Both the position numbers and the translations under genes were made by a program. Of a DNA stretch of 64,000 nt, positions 17,468 to 35,133 are shown piece by piece. Position 1 is the first letter of the stretch. Each line of letters opens with the position of its first letter. Source of the DNA: Eledone cirrhosa (lineage: Eukaryota). The DNA lies in assembly GCA_964016885.1 (NCBI GenBank), contig OZ024741.1, forward strand, positions 160,146,001 through 160,210,000, given 5' to 3'. The notes below the pieces were generated by a model, which saw nothing but the letters and a program-made list of their open reading frames with translations, was not told the origin of the DNA and did no database searches.

Positions 17468-17649
17468 GTATATATATATATATATGTGTATGCGTATGTG
17501 TGTGAGTCTCGGGTTCAAACGGGAGTAACCTCAGTTATTAAGGTACTCAATACATTAGTAGAGTGTAAACATCATGTTTAATATAGAAATGGCTTCTATA
17601 GGAGTAGAACTGTTACCTGATCATTTCTTTTGATTGAAAGAGATCTAGT

Positions 17650-17766
<117 letters not shown>

Positions 17767-17771
17767 ATATA

Positions 17772-17874
17772 TACAGGGTGTCCCCAAAATAAGTATAAAC
17801 ACTTCAACACCACTCTAATAAATTTGCCTGTACAGGTAATCAAAGTATGTATACAATTTTAGGGACACCCTGTA
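17772..17874. mobile_element. Tc1/mariner-type MITE
   Basis: TA-CAGGGTGTCCCCAAAAT...ATTTTAGGGACACCCTG-TA terminal inverted repeats with TA duplication. Confidence 0.75.
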
Positions 17875-17937
17875 CACACACAAACGCACAGACATATATA
17901 TATATATGCATAAATACATATATATATATATGCATAA

Positions 17938-17978
<41 letters not shown>

Positions 17979-17980
17979 TT

Positions 17981-18032
<52 letters not shown>

Positions 18033-18094
18033 TTTACATACATATATATATATACGTATATATATATATATATAAATATATATATGTGTGTGTG

Positions 18095-18125
<31 letters not shown>

Positions 18126-18339
18126 ACATATACATATACATGTAAGTGTGAATCGCACATGACAACAGACTAATTACCACGGCGTCCATAATTAATTAAT
18201 TAATTGTACATTCAGTGAATATTTTTCAGTTTTCAATCGAAATCCTACACTTCCCCTTTTTCATCAACCACCCCAACCCACGAATCTCCCTCAACTTTAC
18301 CACCCAGCTTCCATCACCTCTTCCACCTCTCGTCTTTTT

Positions 18340-19232
18340 CTGATGATGATGATCATCCTCATCCTCATCATCATCATCATCATCATTATTATTGCACTTA
18401 TCTTCATTATTATTTCTTACTTCCTGTCTGTCTGTCTGTCTTTCTTTCTTCTTCTTCATCATCATCATCACCATCGCCATCATCATCATCATAATCTTCT
18501 TCTTCTTCACCATCGCCATCATCATCATCATCATCATCATCATCTTCTTCTTCTTCTTCTTCTTCTTCTTCTTCTTCTTCTTCTTCTTCTTCTTCTTCTT
18601 CTTCTTCACCATCGCCATCATCTTCTTCTTCTTCTTCTTCTTCTTCTTCTTCTTCTTCTTCTTCTTCACCATCGCCATCATCATCTTCTTCTTCTTCTTC
18701 TTCTTCTTCTTCTTCTTCTTCTTCTTCTTCTTCTTCTTCTTCTTCACCATCGCCATCATCATCATCATAATCTTCTTCTTCTTCTTCTTCTTCTTCTTCT
18801 TCTTCTTCTTCTTCTTCTTCTTCTTCTTCACCATCGCCATCATCATCATCATAATCTTCTTCTTCTTCTTCTTCTTCTTCTTCTTCTTCTTCTTCTTCTT
18901 CTTCTTCTTCTTCTTCTTCTCCTTCTTCTTCTCATTATTACCAGTACCATTATTATTATTATTATTGTTGTTATATCTATTACTTCTATTATCAATCTAT
19001 ATACTACCATTGTTAGTATTAATATATTATTATAAATGATATCATTACTATCATTGTTGCAATTATTGTAATTTGTTTAAACGCATTCTATCTGTGTTGC
19101 CCTTTTGGCAAAAACATCATCGGTAACGTCACAAGCAACATCATCATCACCCACATGATAATGGTCATTATCATCATCATGAGCATCATCATTAGTACTA
19201 CGAAAATAATCAGCATAATCAGCATCATTTTG

Positions 19233-19274
<42 letters not shown>

Positions 19275-19348
19275 GGGTACATCGACATTATTATCGTCAT
19301 CAACGCAATTTTCATTATTACAATTATTATTACTATTATTATTATTAC

Positions 19349-19394
<46 letters not shown>

Positions 19395-19435
19395 ACCGTT
19401 ATTATTACCGTTATTTTTCTTCTTCTTCTTCTTCC

Positions 19436-19472
<37 letters not shown>

Positions 19473-19500
19473 TCTGTTGTTATTATTTTTATTATTGTTT
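18340..19500. repeat. Compound trinucleotide repeats (CTT)n/(CAT)n/(ATT)n with a higher-order unit
   Basis: Repeated CACCATCGCCATCATC-(TTC)n blocks. Confidence 0.92.
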
Positions 19501-19639
19501 CACATACAATTAATATAGTGTTGATATTGTTGTTGGTGTTATTTTCTATTCATATTCTTACTATTAATATAACAATTATTACATTTATATCTCTCTCTCT
19601 ATCTCTCTATCTATCTATCTATCCCCACTCTCTCTATCT

Positions 19640-21700
<2,061 letters not shown>

Positions 21701-21868
21701 TATATGTGTGTGTGAGTCTATTCATGTATGCATGCATATATGCGTGCAAGTGTGCTTTACATATACACGTGTATTATGTCGCGTGACAATATAGTACATA
21801 GATATATATACACTTATGGGGTATATATACACACACACACACACATACACACACACACACACACACGC

Positions 21869-21925
<57 letters not shown>

Positions 21926-22114
21926 GATACTATGCCTGCATATCTGTGTCTGTCTGTGCTTGAGGTTTTATACGTTAGTACACCTACAGACAGACCTACG
22001 TATGTACATATAAGTATATATGTGTGTATGCATAATTGCATTATAAATTGCTTATAATTGACAAATATCGCATTCCTGCATGTAACGGCGCTCATTCACA
22101 TCGAAGCATTTTGT

Positions 22115-22830
22115 AAGCACACAGAGACTCCAACACATACACAATCATGTATACGCACACTTACATCAGAACACAATGACACCAACGCATACACAATCAT
22201 GTATACGCACACGTACATCAACACACAGAGACACCAACACATACACAATCACATATACGCACACGTACATCAACACACAGAGACACCAACACATACACAA
22301 TCATATATACGCACACTTACATCAACACACAGAGACACCAACGCATACACAATCATATATACGCACACTTACATCAGAACACAATGACACCAACGCATAC
22401 ACAATCTTATATACGCACACGTACATCAGCACACAGAGACACCAACACATACACAATCACATATACGCACACGTACATCAGCACACAGAGACACCAACGC
22501 ATACACAATCACATATACGCACACGTACATCAGCACACAGAGACACCAACACATACACAATCACATATACGCACACGTACACCAGCACACAATGACACCA
22601 ACACATACACAATCACATATACGCACACGTACATCAGCACACAGAGACACCAACGCATACACAATCACATATACGCACACGTACATCAACACACAGAGAC
22701 ACCAACACATACACAATCACATATACGCACACGTACACCAGCACACAATGACACCAACACATACACAATCACATATACGCACACGTACACCAGCACACAA
22801 TGACACCAACACTTACACAATCACATATAT
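22115..22830. repeat. 52-bp minisatellite, about 14 copies
   Basis: Unit ACACAGAGACACCAACACATACACAATCACATATACGCACACGTACATCAGC. Confidence 0.92.
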
Positions 22831-22924
22831 ACCTGTGTAATCATATTTATAAATATAACTGCACATATCATATGGATTGAACGAAAATATTACACACATG
22901 TCTACGTATATATGTGTGTGTGTG

Positions 22925-22972
<48 letters not shown>

Positions 22973-23050
22973 GCATATATGTTATAGAATACTATTAGCT
23001 TCTCGCTAAAACGATCTCTATACCTCTCATTTATATATATATATATATAT

Positions 23051-23109
<59 letters not shown>

Positions 23110-23129
23110 TGTGTATACATATATGTATG

Positions 23130-23164
<35 letters not shown>

Positions 23165-23169
23165 TTTTT

Positions 23170-23235
23170 TGTTTATAAGCTCTGATGATTCCTGCCATAG
23201 GGTATGGATGAAACACTGTTAGCAAATAAAACAAT
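23170..23235 (+). ncRNA. Minimal type-I hammerhead-like motif
   Basis: GCT-CTGATGA(23182-88)-TTCC...GGAT-GAAA(23210-13)-CACTGTT-AGC, followed by AATAAA; lies between TA tracts. Confidence 0.55.
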
Positions 23236-23390
23236 AAGCACTCTTTGGTTATTCCTAAACTTATAACGGCTCTGTAGTATACTAGTTATCCTACATTGAG
23301 CTAAAACCACACTGTCATACCAAGGGCAATATATCTGCGTGTCTGTGCACATTGATATACTTGTCAACGAAACTATATATATATAGAAAG

Positions 23391-23427
<37 letters not shown>

Positions 23428-23587
23428 TATGTATGTATATATATATGTATATGCATAGAGAGTGAGAGGGGGAGGGGGAGAGAGAGAAATACATACTCAC
23501 ACGCACATATTGCATAGATACCTATATATTTGTATAACAATGTCTTTATCCCCCCTCTCTCTGCATATATAATATATATACGCATAA

Positions 23588-23622
<35 letters not shown>

Positions 23623-23659
23623 CGTGTGAGTGTATGTATGTATTGTGTGTATCAATAGA

Positions 23660-23766
<107 letters not shown>

Positions 23767-23775
23767 TTATATATA

Positions 23776-23854
<79 letters not shown>

Positions 23855-24005
23855 ATATATATATATTTATATATATATATACATATATATATATGTGTGT
23901 GTGTGTATGGTGTGTGTGTGCTTATGTATGTGCATGCGCTTGTGTGAGGCATATTCGATAGATATTTATCTTAAGTAAATATCTGCATTTAACCTAAAAA
24001 AGCAC

Positions 24006-24479
<474 letters not shown>

Positions 24480-24480
24480 A

Positions 24481-24583
<103 letters not shown>

Positions 24584-25379
24584 AAAAAAATAATAAAAGA
24601 AAACTCACCTTGTATATATAATAAAAGAGAGGGGACTTTATAACGTGTATATATAGTGCAATCTGCCACGCTGAAGGACTGTGCCCACAAACACATATTC
24701 CGGAGCGAACTCCTTATCTACGCAATCAGTATACCCTATTTCATGCTACTATGTACATGGTATAGCCAGCAAATGAAAAAAAATATTTGTTAACACTCAT
24801 TCCCTACCTAGATCCTGCTTTTCGGTAGTTGAACTTTGAATCTCACTTTGGATAAAACTCTGGTCTTGCTCGTGGTGATATTTTTACTTAATTAAGATCT
24901 GCCTTAATTTGCCAGCCTGTAATGCATATCTAGATGAATTGAGATTATAATTTGTCTGAATTTGAACTGATATTCACGATCAGGCACTCCATTTTATGTT
25001 ATCCACTCTACTGCATCACATTTTTTCTATTTACTAATACATACAATACAAATACTCTATACATACTCTACAGTAGTTGGTGCATTTTGATTTTCTCAAT
25101 TGCTTCGTTAGAAACCCTCTAAACGGTTTTCAAAACGTTGTTGTACGTATACGTATATTTTTGGACAGCTTTCATTAGAATTTCGAAAGAAGGGCAAAAT
25201 TTATTAAATCAACTTGACTGGTACTTTATTTTATAGACGCTGAAATGGTGAAAGGTGAAGTTGTCTTGGGGTGGGGATTTGAACCTAGAGAGTAAAAATC
25301 CAGCACAGACAACGCAATTGCAGTTCCTCCGGTGCTCTACCAATTCTGCTAATCCACCGCCCTTCATTAGGATTCGATT

Positions 25380-25700
25380 TTTAATAATATACTAATTAAA
25401 ACAATAATTGTTTAGGAGCGAAAAATCATTCATCTAAAAATCAACATATAACGTTTATGAAATTTTATCAAAATACACATTATTTCTAGAAAGCCTGAGT
25501 TTCCTCAAAACCCATTTTGGGAAACACTGGTAAAGCAGTTTGAGTGTACGACTGAGTATATAGGAGTTCAGTGTTTCCAAAAGTGGATTTCACGAAACTC
25601 TGCGTTCTGTGAAATAAAGTGTATAAAGTTTAATATAAATCTACTGCAGCCTTTTTTCCTTTATATATATGAATAAAACAATTTTTGTTTCATTAAAATG
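25380..25700. mobile_element. Two adjacent hAT-like MITE ends
   Basis: ...TTTTGGGAAACACTG (ends 25529) and CAGTGTTTCCAAAAGTGG (starts 25569) resemble hAT/Charlie-type termini; the arms are diverged inverted homologs. Confidence 0.4.
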
Positions 25701-25704
25701 AAAA

Positions 25705-26922
25705 GACCTCAACCACAAACTTGTCCAGCACAAATATTTCCACTTCACCACTTCCACCACAAACTCATCCACCATGACCAGCGTAGTCAACACTACCTCA
25801 AATACCTCAGCAATAACCAATTTACAACTTTATAAAAACTCCCACTAAAAAATCTTTTACCGCAAAATAACTCCACCGCAAATAGCTGATCAGTGAACAA
25901 CGCCATTAACGAGGTCACAACAACAACAAAACATTTCCAAGGTGACATCAGATAAATAGCTACTACAACTCAGATAATTACTACTACAACTACCACCAGT
26001 CGACGTTTTTCACTATAAACCCACCATCTTTAGAATACCTCCACCAATCACGAACTTTCATCCATAAACACCTTCATCACTGAATCACCTCTACCACTAA
26101 AATACCTCCATCACTTAACCACCTCCATCACTAAACCACCTCCATCAGGAAAATAGCTCCAATAGTAAAATGCCTGCACCACTCACCTACCTCTACCATT
26201 AAACTAGCTCCATCAGTACCCCCCCCCCTCCACCACCAATATATCCACCACTAAAATATCTCCACCCACTAAACTACAGCTCACATTACAATGCCTCTAT
26301 CACTAAACTACATCCACTAGTAAATTACATCCCCCACTAAAATACCTCACCCACTACAGTGCCTCAACAAGTAAACTATGTCCCTTCTCACTAAACTATT
26401 TCCCCAGTAATTTACCTCATTCACTAAAATACCCCCGCTATTAAAATACTCCCACCATTAAAATACCCACACCACTAAAATACCTCTACCACTACAATAC
26501 CCCCACCACTAAAATACCTCTACCACTACAATACCTCCACCACTAAATACCTTCGCTACTAAGGTGTCTCCACTTCAATAAAATACCCCACCATTAAAAT
26601 ACCCCCACCATTAAAATACCTCCACCACTACAATACCACCAGTGCAATACCATCGCTACTAAGGTACCTCCACCTCAATAAAATACCCCCGCCAGTAAAC
26701 TACCTCATCCCACTAGAATACCATCACTGCAATACTAGGGTGCATCCACCCCAATAAAATACCCCCGCTCATAAACTATCTCATTCCACTAGAATACGTC
26801 CTGCACTACAGCAACTTCACTACGGAGTTACCACTACCCAAATAAAATAACCCCACCACGAAAATTACCTCAAACAGTAAAATAACTCTACTCCTTTTCT
26901 TCCTCCACCACTACAATAGCTC
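25705..26922. repeat. Degenerate C/A-rich tandem repeat (about 18-19-bp unit AAAATACCTCCACCACT)
   Basis: Recurrent AAAATACC(T/C)CCACCA motifs; almost no G on the + strand. Confidence 0.7.
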
Positions 26923-27960
26923 CAACGCTACCTCCACCAGTAAAATACCTCTACCATTACACTACCACTACCACTACCCAACGCTACCTCCACCAGTAAA
27001 ATACTTCTACCATTACACTACCACTACCACTACCCAACACTACCTCCACCAGTAAAATACTTCTACCATTACACTACCACTGCCACTACCCAACGCTACC
27101 TCCACCAGTAAAATACTTCTACCATTACACTACCACTACCACTACCCAACGCTACCTCCACCAGTAAAATACTTCTACCATTACACTACCACTACCACTA
27201 CCCAACGCTAGCTCCACCAGTAAAATACTTCTACCATTACACTACCACTACCACTACCCAACGCTACCTCCACCAGTAAAATACTTCTACCATTACACTA
27301 CCACTACCACTACCCAACGCTACCTCCACCAGTAAAATACTTCTACCATTACACTACCACTACCACTACCCAACGCTACCTCCACCAGTAAAATACTTCT
27401 ACCATTACACTACCACTACCACTACCCAACGCTACCTCCACCAGTAAAATACTTCTACCATTACACTACCACTACCACTACCCAACGCTACCTCCACCAG
27501 TAAAATACTTCTACCATTACACTACCACTACCACTACCCAACGCTACCTCCACCAGTAAAATACTTCTACCATTACACTACCACTACCACTACCCAACGC
27601 TACCTCCACCAGTAAAATACTTCTACCATTACACTACCACTACCACTACCCAACGCTACCTCCACCAGTAAAATACTTCTACCATTACACTACCACTACC
27701 ACTACCCAACGCTAGCTCCACCAGTAAAATACTTCTACCATTACACTACCACTGCCACTACCCAACGCTACCTCCACCAGTAAAATACTTCTACCATTAC
27801 ACTACCACTACCACTACCCAACGCTACCTCCACCAGTAAAATACTTCTACCATTACACTACCACTACCACTACCCAACGCTACCTCCACCAGTAAAATAC
27901 TTCTACCATTACACTACCACTACCACTACCCAACGCTACCTCCACCAGTAAAATATTTCT
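26923..27960. repeat. 56-bp minisatellite, about 18.5 highly homogeneous copies
   Basis: Unit CAACGCTACCTCCACCAGTAAAATACTTCTACCATTACACTACCACTACCACTACC; register repeats every 280 bp (27091, 27371, 27651, 27931). Confidence 0.95.
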
Positions 27961-28246
27961 AACATGACAATACCACTGCCACTACCACTGAAATGCCTTT
28001 TCCACTAAACTAACCCCTACATTCTAGTAAAAGATCTGTCTCACACCTTTACCGTCTTTCCCAGTTGTCATCTCCAATATTGTAAAGCTGAAATCAATAC
28101 ACGGTCAATAATTGACAAAGTATTTATTACAAACGGCATTAATACTTCTGTCGACAATATTTCAGCACTTAAATCATTCTAATGAGCTAACATATAATTT
28201 CCAACAGGATTTAACCAATATATATGTCTTTCTGTGTATTTATACC

Positions 28247-28722
<476 letters not shown>

Positions 28723-28732
28723 ACATACATAT

Positions 28733-29134
28733 AGTGGCTGCCAACTCGTTTTCGAGTACGGCCACTACTTTATATCCATGTAGGGGAACCCCTACCGATG
28801 CGCTGAACGAGTGTGACTTTTTAGTCCAACCAGCGACTTGAAAACTCTGGTACAAACACTACACCTGTGACAATTATTGATACATAGTGCATGGTACCAT
28901 GTGACAACAAGTGCAGAGAGATCTCCAGATATAAAGCAATGCCTGTGCCGTGAAGCTTTTATAGTGAGCAAAGGCACTGCACAAAGCCAGTCCCACTCTC
29001 TTAACCAAGATGATATTTACCAAAAAGAAGAATAAGTCAACATCATTGGATACCGTCAGGGTTGCAGGTGTTATATTAGAGTTTTCCTTCTCCTAGAACT
29101 CTGCCTTGACAAAGGCTAAGGGGTCATCTCTCCC
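28733..29134 (-). mobile_element. Same family, 5'-truncated copy; diverged relative on the plus strand at 29845-30182
   Basis: Near-identical to 43352-43760. The relative shares CCCCTAGCCTTTGTCAGGGCA..TCTAGGAGAAGG and the GGCAGCCA 3' end. Confidence 0.8.
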
Positions 29135-30459
29135 TTACATATACATACATACGTACATACATACATATATATGTACATATATGAATGTGTGTTTGTATAT
29201 GTGTGAGTGAGAGATAGAGTCTGGTGTGTGTGTGTAAATAAGACCGTAAATTGCTCTAACCTGAACGTGAATACTTCCAGATTAAACTATAGCCAACACG
29301 AATTCAAGCAAACGTAAACTATGCACAAACTTCCGACTCCATTCATAAAATCCAAACCACTCACGGAAGAATACAAACACTCAACTATGCCCAACCGTCC
29401 CTGCAAAGCAACTACCGTTCTGCACCAATTACTGGTTTGGTGATGCTGAATGTCATCAGGCTCCAGCCGCCATGCTACACAGTTTCTATATAATAATAAT
29501 CTGCACGACTGTGACCCCATTATATGTGTGCATGTATGTATGTGTGAATGGGTATGTGTATGTATGTATGTATGTATGTATGTATGTATGTATGTATGTA
29601 TGTGTGTATGTGTGTATGTATGTGTGTATGTGTGTGTATGTATGTATGCATGAATGTGTGTGTGTATATATGTATGTGTGTATGTGTGTGTATGTGTATG
29701 TATGTATGTATGTATGTATGCATGTATGTGTGTGTGTATGTATGTATGTGTGTATGTATGTGTGTATGTGTGTGTGTGTATGTTTGTATGCGGGGTATGT
29801 ATGTATGATGTGTGTATGTATGTGTGTATGCGCGAGGACATAGAAATAGTTAGGCTGGACACCCGATCGCGCGGTTAAACCACTGGGAGTGAAGGACCCC
29901 TAGCCTTTGTCAGGGCATTCTTCTAGGAGAAGGCAACTCAGGAAACTGGGATAACTCCGACATAAAACCTGCGGCTCAGTAGTTACCGATGATGTTGATC
30001 TTTTCTTCTTTTCAGGTTATAACTACTGTCGCTCAGAGAGTGGGATTGGTTCAGTGCACAGTCTTTCCTCACTTTAAAAAAAAAATTTCACGTACAGGCA
30101 TTGCACGATAGAATTAATTAATAGTTATTAGTAATGGTATATTGTGCAATGACCATACTCGATAACGAGGGGGCAGCCATCATGTGTGTATGCATGTATG
30201 TGTGTATGTATACGCATGCGCATGCGCGCACGCGTGTGTGACGTTTTATATATATATATTTAAATACTATTCTCTATGATGAAGTGTGAAAATCTTTTTT
30301 GTCCACACCATCTATTGAAAATAACTTACTGGTGAGTTAATTATAAGCCCCAGGTCTTTTCTGCATTCTCATCTATTCTCATTTTTTTTTCTTTGCTATA
30401 AATCTCTTCTTTCCGTCACATTCATATTTAAGCATGACTGCAGTAAATATAAAGTTAAT

Positions 30460-33100
30460 ATGATTTCTATTTTAGGCACAAGGCCAACACATTTGAGGGA
30501 AAGAGAAATTTGATTAAATCAATGATATAATATTTTATCAACTGAGAAAGGTTAAAAGTTGATCTTGGCAAGATTTGAACTCAGATCGTAAAGCACCCGA
30601 TCAAATACTGCTAAGTTTTTGTCTGATGCTCTAACAATTCTATCTATCTACCACCATTCTAAAATAACTGGTTCTATCTTAGGCACAAGACCAGTAATTT
30701 TTGGAGAGAAAGAAAATTCGATTAAATAGACTCCAGTGCTTTAGTGGTTCTTATTTTATCGATCCCGAAAGGATGAAAGGCAAAGTTGACCTCGGCGAGA
30801 TAAAGGGCTAAGAACAAATACTGCTAACCACTTGTTCAATTCTCTAACTACCCTGTTAATCCACTACCCTTCCATCCTTCTAAAATAATTGTTTCTACTT
30901 TTGGCACAAGGCCAGTAATTACTTAGTACATTACTGGTACTTTATTTTATCGACCCCGTAAGGATAAAAGGCAAAGTTAACCTCGGCGGGATTTGAACTC
31001 AAATCGTAAAGGGCCGTAACTCTATGCTGCAACATGGCTAGTAACTAAGAACCTAGAGAGCTGAAACAAATACCGCTAAGCTTTTGTCCAACGCCCAAGC
31101 GACTCTGGCAATCCACCGTCTGTAAATATCATTCTAATAGAGAAAATAATTCGGTTATATTTTGGTTAGTTGTTTTCGCCTCCTCTTTCTCTGAAAGTAA
31201 ACCTGTGACTCTATTTCGTTGCAGCTTCTTGAACTTTCGATTTGTCTGGTGTACTGTATCTTTAAGATTTAATGCTTTGTTTTCTTTCCCTACCTGTTTT
31301 CCCACGTTTCATTCCAATTTGTGTGTGTGTGTATACATGTGTGAGTGCGGAGTCATTAGAGTGTCCTGTAGTAACTGAATTCATATCTCCACGAGGTCAA
31401 CTTTACTCAACATCCTTTTGGGATCGGCAAAATAAAGTACGAGTAAAGTACTGGAACTGATTTAGTCGTCCGTTCCCCTCCCCTTAAATGTGCTAGCCTT
31501 GTGCCTATGATAGAAACAATTATTAGGGAGGTGGACTGGCAGCATTGATAGATCGTCGAGCAACACGTTTTGCGGGATATAGTTACGACCCTTTACGCTC
31601 CGAGTTTAAATCCTGCCTTTCATCTTTCAGACGACGGTAAAATAAAGTATCAGACAATTACTGAAATCGATTTAATTGACTTTCCCCGTACCCCCAAGTT
31701 GCCGACCTTGTGCTTCAAGTAGAAATTATTATATAACCTAGTCAGGACGCTGGATAGGCAGAATCGTTAGAGCGCCGGTGGAATGCGTTGCAGCGTTTCG
31801 TTACGGCCATCTTTGGTTTGAAATCTCGCCAAGGTCAACTTTGCTTTTCATCTTTCCTGGGTTCATAAAATAAAGTACCATTTAAGTACTGGGTCCGATG
31901 TAACCGACTTTTCCCCTCCCCAAGATTGTTGGCCTTGTGCCTAAATTAGAAACCATTTTTTAGAAGGCTGATTGATTGGTGGAATCGTTCGAACATCGGA
32001 TAAATGCTTAGCAGTATATGATCCAGCTCTTTACGTTCTGAGTTCAAATCCTGCCAAGGTCAACTTTATTTTTCATGCTTCCGGGTTTGATAAAATAAAG
32101 TATCTGTCAAGTACTTGGGTAGATGTGCCTAAAGTAGAATCATTATTTAAAGTAGTTATTAGTATTTCTTCATTTTATGGGGAAAGAGTTGAACTTTTGG
32201 CGACATCATTTACCCTGTATTTCTCTTCTTTGGCATCCTTCTGTCCCAAGAGATAATACAGTACGCACCACTGGCTGCCACCATAACGATTTAAATATAT
32301 CATCTTATTAATTATCTATATACATCTAAAACATTTGATATATGACTTGTAAGATATAACTTAGATATTTTAAACATCCTTCGAGACAAAATATAAATAC
32401 ATTTCGAATGATATCTCTAAAATTCCCTCCCGCCACTGAGAGAAAAAATATGAATCATAATTGCCTTTACTAATAATTGGAATAATTGTTACTAGATATG
32501 GCACAAGGCCAGCAATTTGATAGGCAGAGGAAATTCTATTAAATCGATCCTAGTGCGTTACTGGTACTTTAATTTTATCGACTACGTAAGGATGAAGAGC
32601 AAAGCTAACCTCGGTGGGATTTGAACCCAGGAAGTAAAGAGCCGTAACTATATGCCGCAAAGCATGTTGGCTGACGCTCTGCTGATACTGTCAATCCACC
32701 ATCCTAAATAATAATATATATGTATTCTCTCTCTCATAGTATACTATTTTCAGAGCATATCTTCTCCCACAGCACCACGATACTATTTCAGGACATACAT
32801 TTTTGTCAGTGATAGAATAAACGTGGTAGACCGCTATTACTTGTTGATGCAGCGAAATTTGAACTCAGAATGTAAAGAACCGGATCAGACACACGAAAGT
32901 ATTTAATCCTACCCTAACATCTTTGCCAAATGGCCAGAAAAATGCAAAGAAAATTACGAATTCTAATTTAGGCAAAGGTCCAGCAATTTGTAGGTAGGGC
33001 AAAGTCGTTTATATTGGCGCCAACGGTTAACTGACACTGTATGTTATGGGCCCGAAAATATGAAAAACAAAGTTGAACTGGGTGGGATGTGAACTAAGCA
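30460..33100. mobile_element. Dense cluster of about nine older and younger SINE family 1 copies in both orientations
   Basis: Repeated GGCACAAGGCCAGCAAT, TTTGAACTCAG and AAAATAAAGTAC motifs. Confidence 0.8.
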
Positions 33101-33524
33101 GATGAAAATTCAGCCGTCATTTTGTGTGATGTTGTAACAACTCTTCCAACCCATCATTCTCTTAGAGAATGAAAATAAAGAAAAATTAAATTTAAAAGTT
33201 ACAAATGATCTACAGGTCAAAACTCTACCCTCCCTACACACACACACACACACGCACACACACACACACACACACACAATCACCAGAAAAGGGAGATTCA
33301 TTCAGAAACAAAAGGACAATTTTTTTCTGTTTAGTCAGTGGGTAGGAAGGGCAGTGACCAAGACCATTTCCAGGGCCTCCGAGGATGGTGGGAACTAAGG
33401 AGTGAGGAAATGAAGAATTGGACACTGCTAAAACATCAAACATATATATATAGGGTGTTGAATCAGACGGCGGTTTAAGTAGTCCTCCATAAACGGACAA
33501 CTAATCAAAGTATTCAAGAGTATA

Positions 33525-33716
33525 TAATTGTTTCTACTTTTGGCACAAGGCCAGCAATTACCCAGTACATTAATGGTACTTTATTTAATCGACCCCGTAA
33601 GGATGAAAGGCAACGTTAACCTCGGCGGGATTTGAACTCAGAATGGCAAGGGCCGTAACTCTATGCTGCAAAGCATGGCGTCCGACCCTCTACCGATACT
33701 CCCAATCCACCGCCCT
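33525..33716 (-). mobile_element. SINE family 1, full length with 16-bp TSD
   Basis: Flanked by TTCAAGAGTATATAAT on both sides. Confidence 0.9.
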
Positions 33717-34409
33717 TCAAGAGTATATAATATATTTAAATATATTTAAAATGAAGAAAAAATACCAAAAGGAACAAAAATCTCCTATGGCTTATGCATT
33801 CTTGTACATTTGAGTCAATAACTTATTTTCAACACATTCAGTGGAGTTGAGTCGGTGACCAGTCCGCAGATGTGTGGCGAACATTTCTGACAATTTATGA
33901 TAGGGAGTACCATTAAGAGATAAGCGAAAAGGGAATTTAACAGTTTTATGTGTTATTAAATGTCTAACATCTTTCACAACAAATCACTTGCCACACAAGA
34001 AAAATTCCGACCATATATATGTATATACATGGGTGTGTATATGTATGTAAATGCTTGTGTATATATATAGAGAAAGATAGTTCTATATGTGTATGAGTTA
34101 ACGTGTATATGTGTATATATGTATATGCGCATATGTGTATAAGTTTGTACGTGTATATGTGTATATGTGTATACGTACACATGTGTTTATGTGTTTATAT
34201 GTATATGAGTGTAAGTGTATATGTATATAGGTATATATGTATATATGTATATATGCATATGTATTTCGTAAAGTGAAATAAATAGACAGTATCCAAAAGC
34301 ATCAGTGAAATTAAGAGGTGTGATGATTTTACGATATCTATTTCCTAAAATATAATATATAGATTATTTCACTCGATATATAGCTTAATATAATATATAG
34401 TTCCATATC

Positions 34410-35102
34410 ATTGTAGCTGATATTGCTGTCGTTGTTATAGCTGCTGTTGTAGTTATTGTTATAATTTTTGTTGTTGTAGTTTTTATTATAACTGTTGTTG
34501 TTGTAGTTGTTGTTATAACTGTTCTTATTGTAGTTGTCATACATTTTTGTTGTTGTAGTTGTTGTTATGGCTGCTGTTGCTGTTGTAGTTGTTGTTATAA
34601 TTTTTGTTGTTGTAGTTGTTATTATAACTGTTGTTGTTGTAGTGATTGTTATAACTGTTGTTGTTGTAGTTGTCATACATTTTTGTTGTTGTAGTTGTTG
34701 TTATGGCTGCTGTTGCTGTTGTAGTTGTTATTATGGCTGTTGTTGTTGTTGTTGTAGTTGTTGTTATAACTGTTGTTGTTGTAGTTGTTGTTGTTGTTAT
34801 GGCTGTTGTTGTAGTTGTTGTAGTTGTTGTTATAATTGTTGTTGTTGTAGTTGTTGTTATGGCTGTTGTTGTTGTAGTTGTTGTTATAATTGTTGTTGTT
34901 CCAGTTGTTGTTATAGCTGTTAGTGTTGATTGTGTTAATGTTGTTACTGGTGGTGTTCAGGTTGTAGTTGTTGGTGTTGATGTATCAGTTTTGTTAGTTG
35001 ACGTTGATCTTGTCGTGTATATATTCTTCTTCTTCTTCTTCTTCTTCTTTTTCTTTTTCTCCTTCTTCTTCTTTTTCTTTTTCTTCTTCATCATCATCAT
35101 CA

Positions 35103-35133
<31 letters not shown>

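Noticed and set aside
22058-22840. Repetitive T/H/Q-rich ORFs; CRISPR-like appearance
   Set aside because: 52-bp tandem unit (not a multiple of 3), with no unique spacers and no cas genes.
24808-24917. Possible minus-strand exon bounded by CAG and GTAGG
   Set aside because: Stops in all three frames; could be a UTR or lncRNA exon, but this is unsupported.
26923-27960. Possible CRISPR array, mucin-like exon or telomeric repeat
   Set aside because: Contiguous identical 56-bp units without spacers; not in frame; not TTAGGG.
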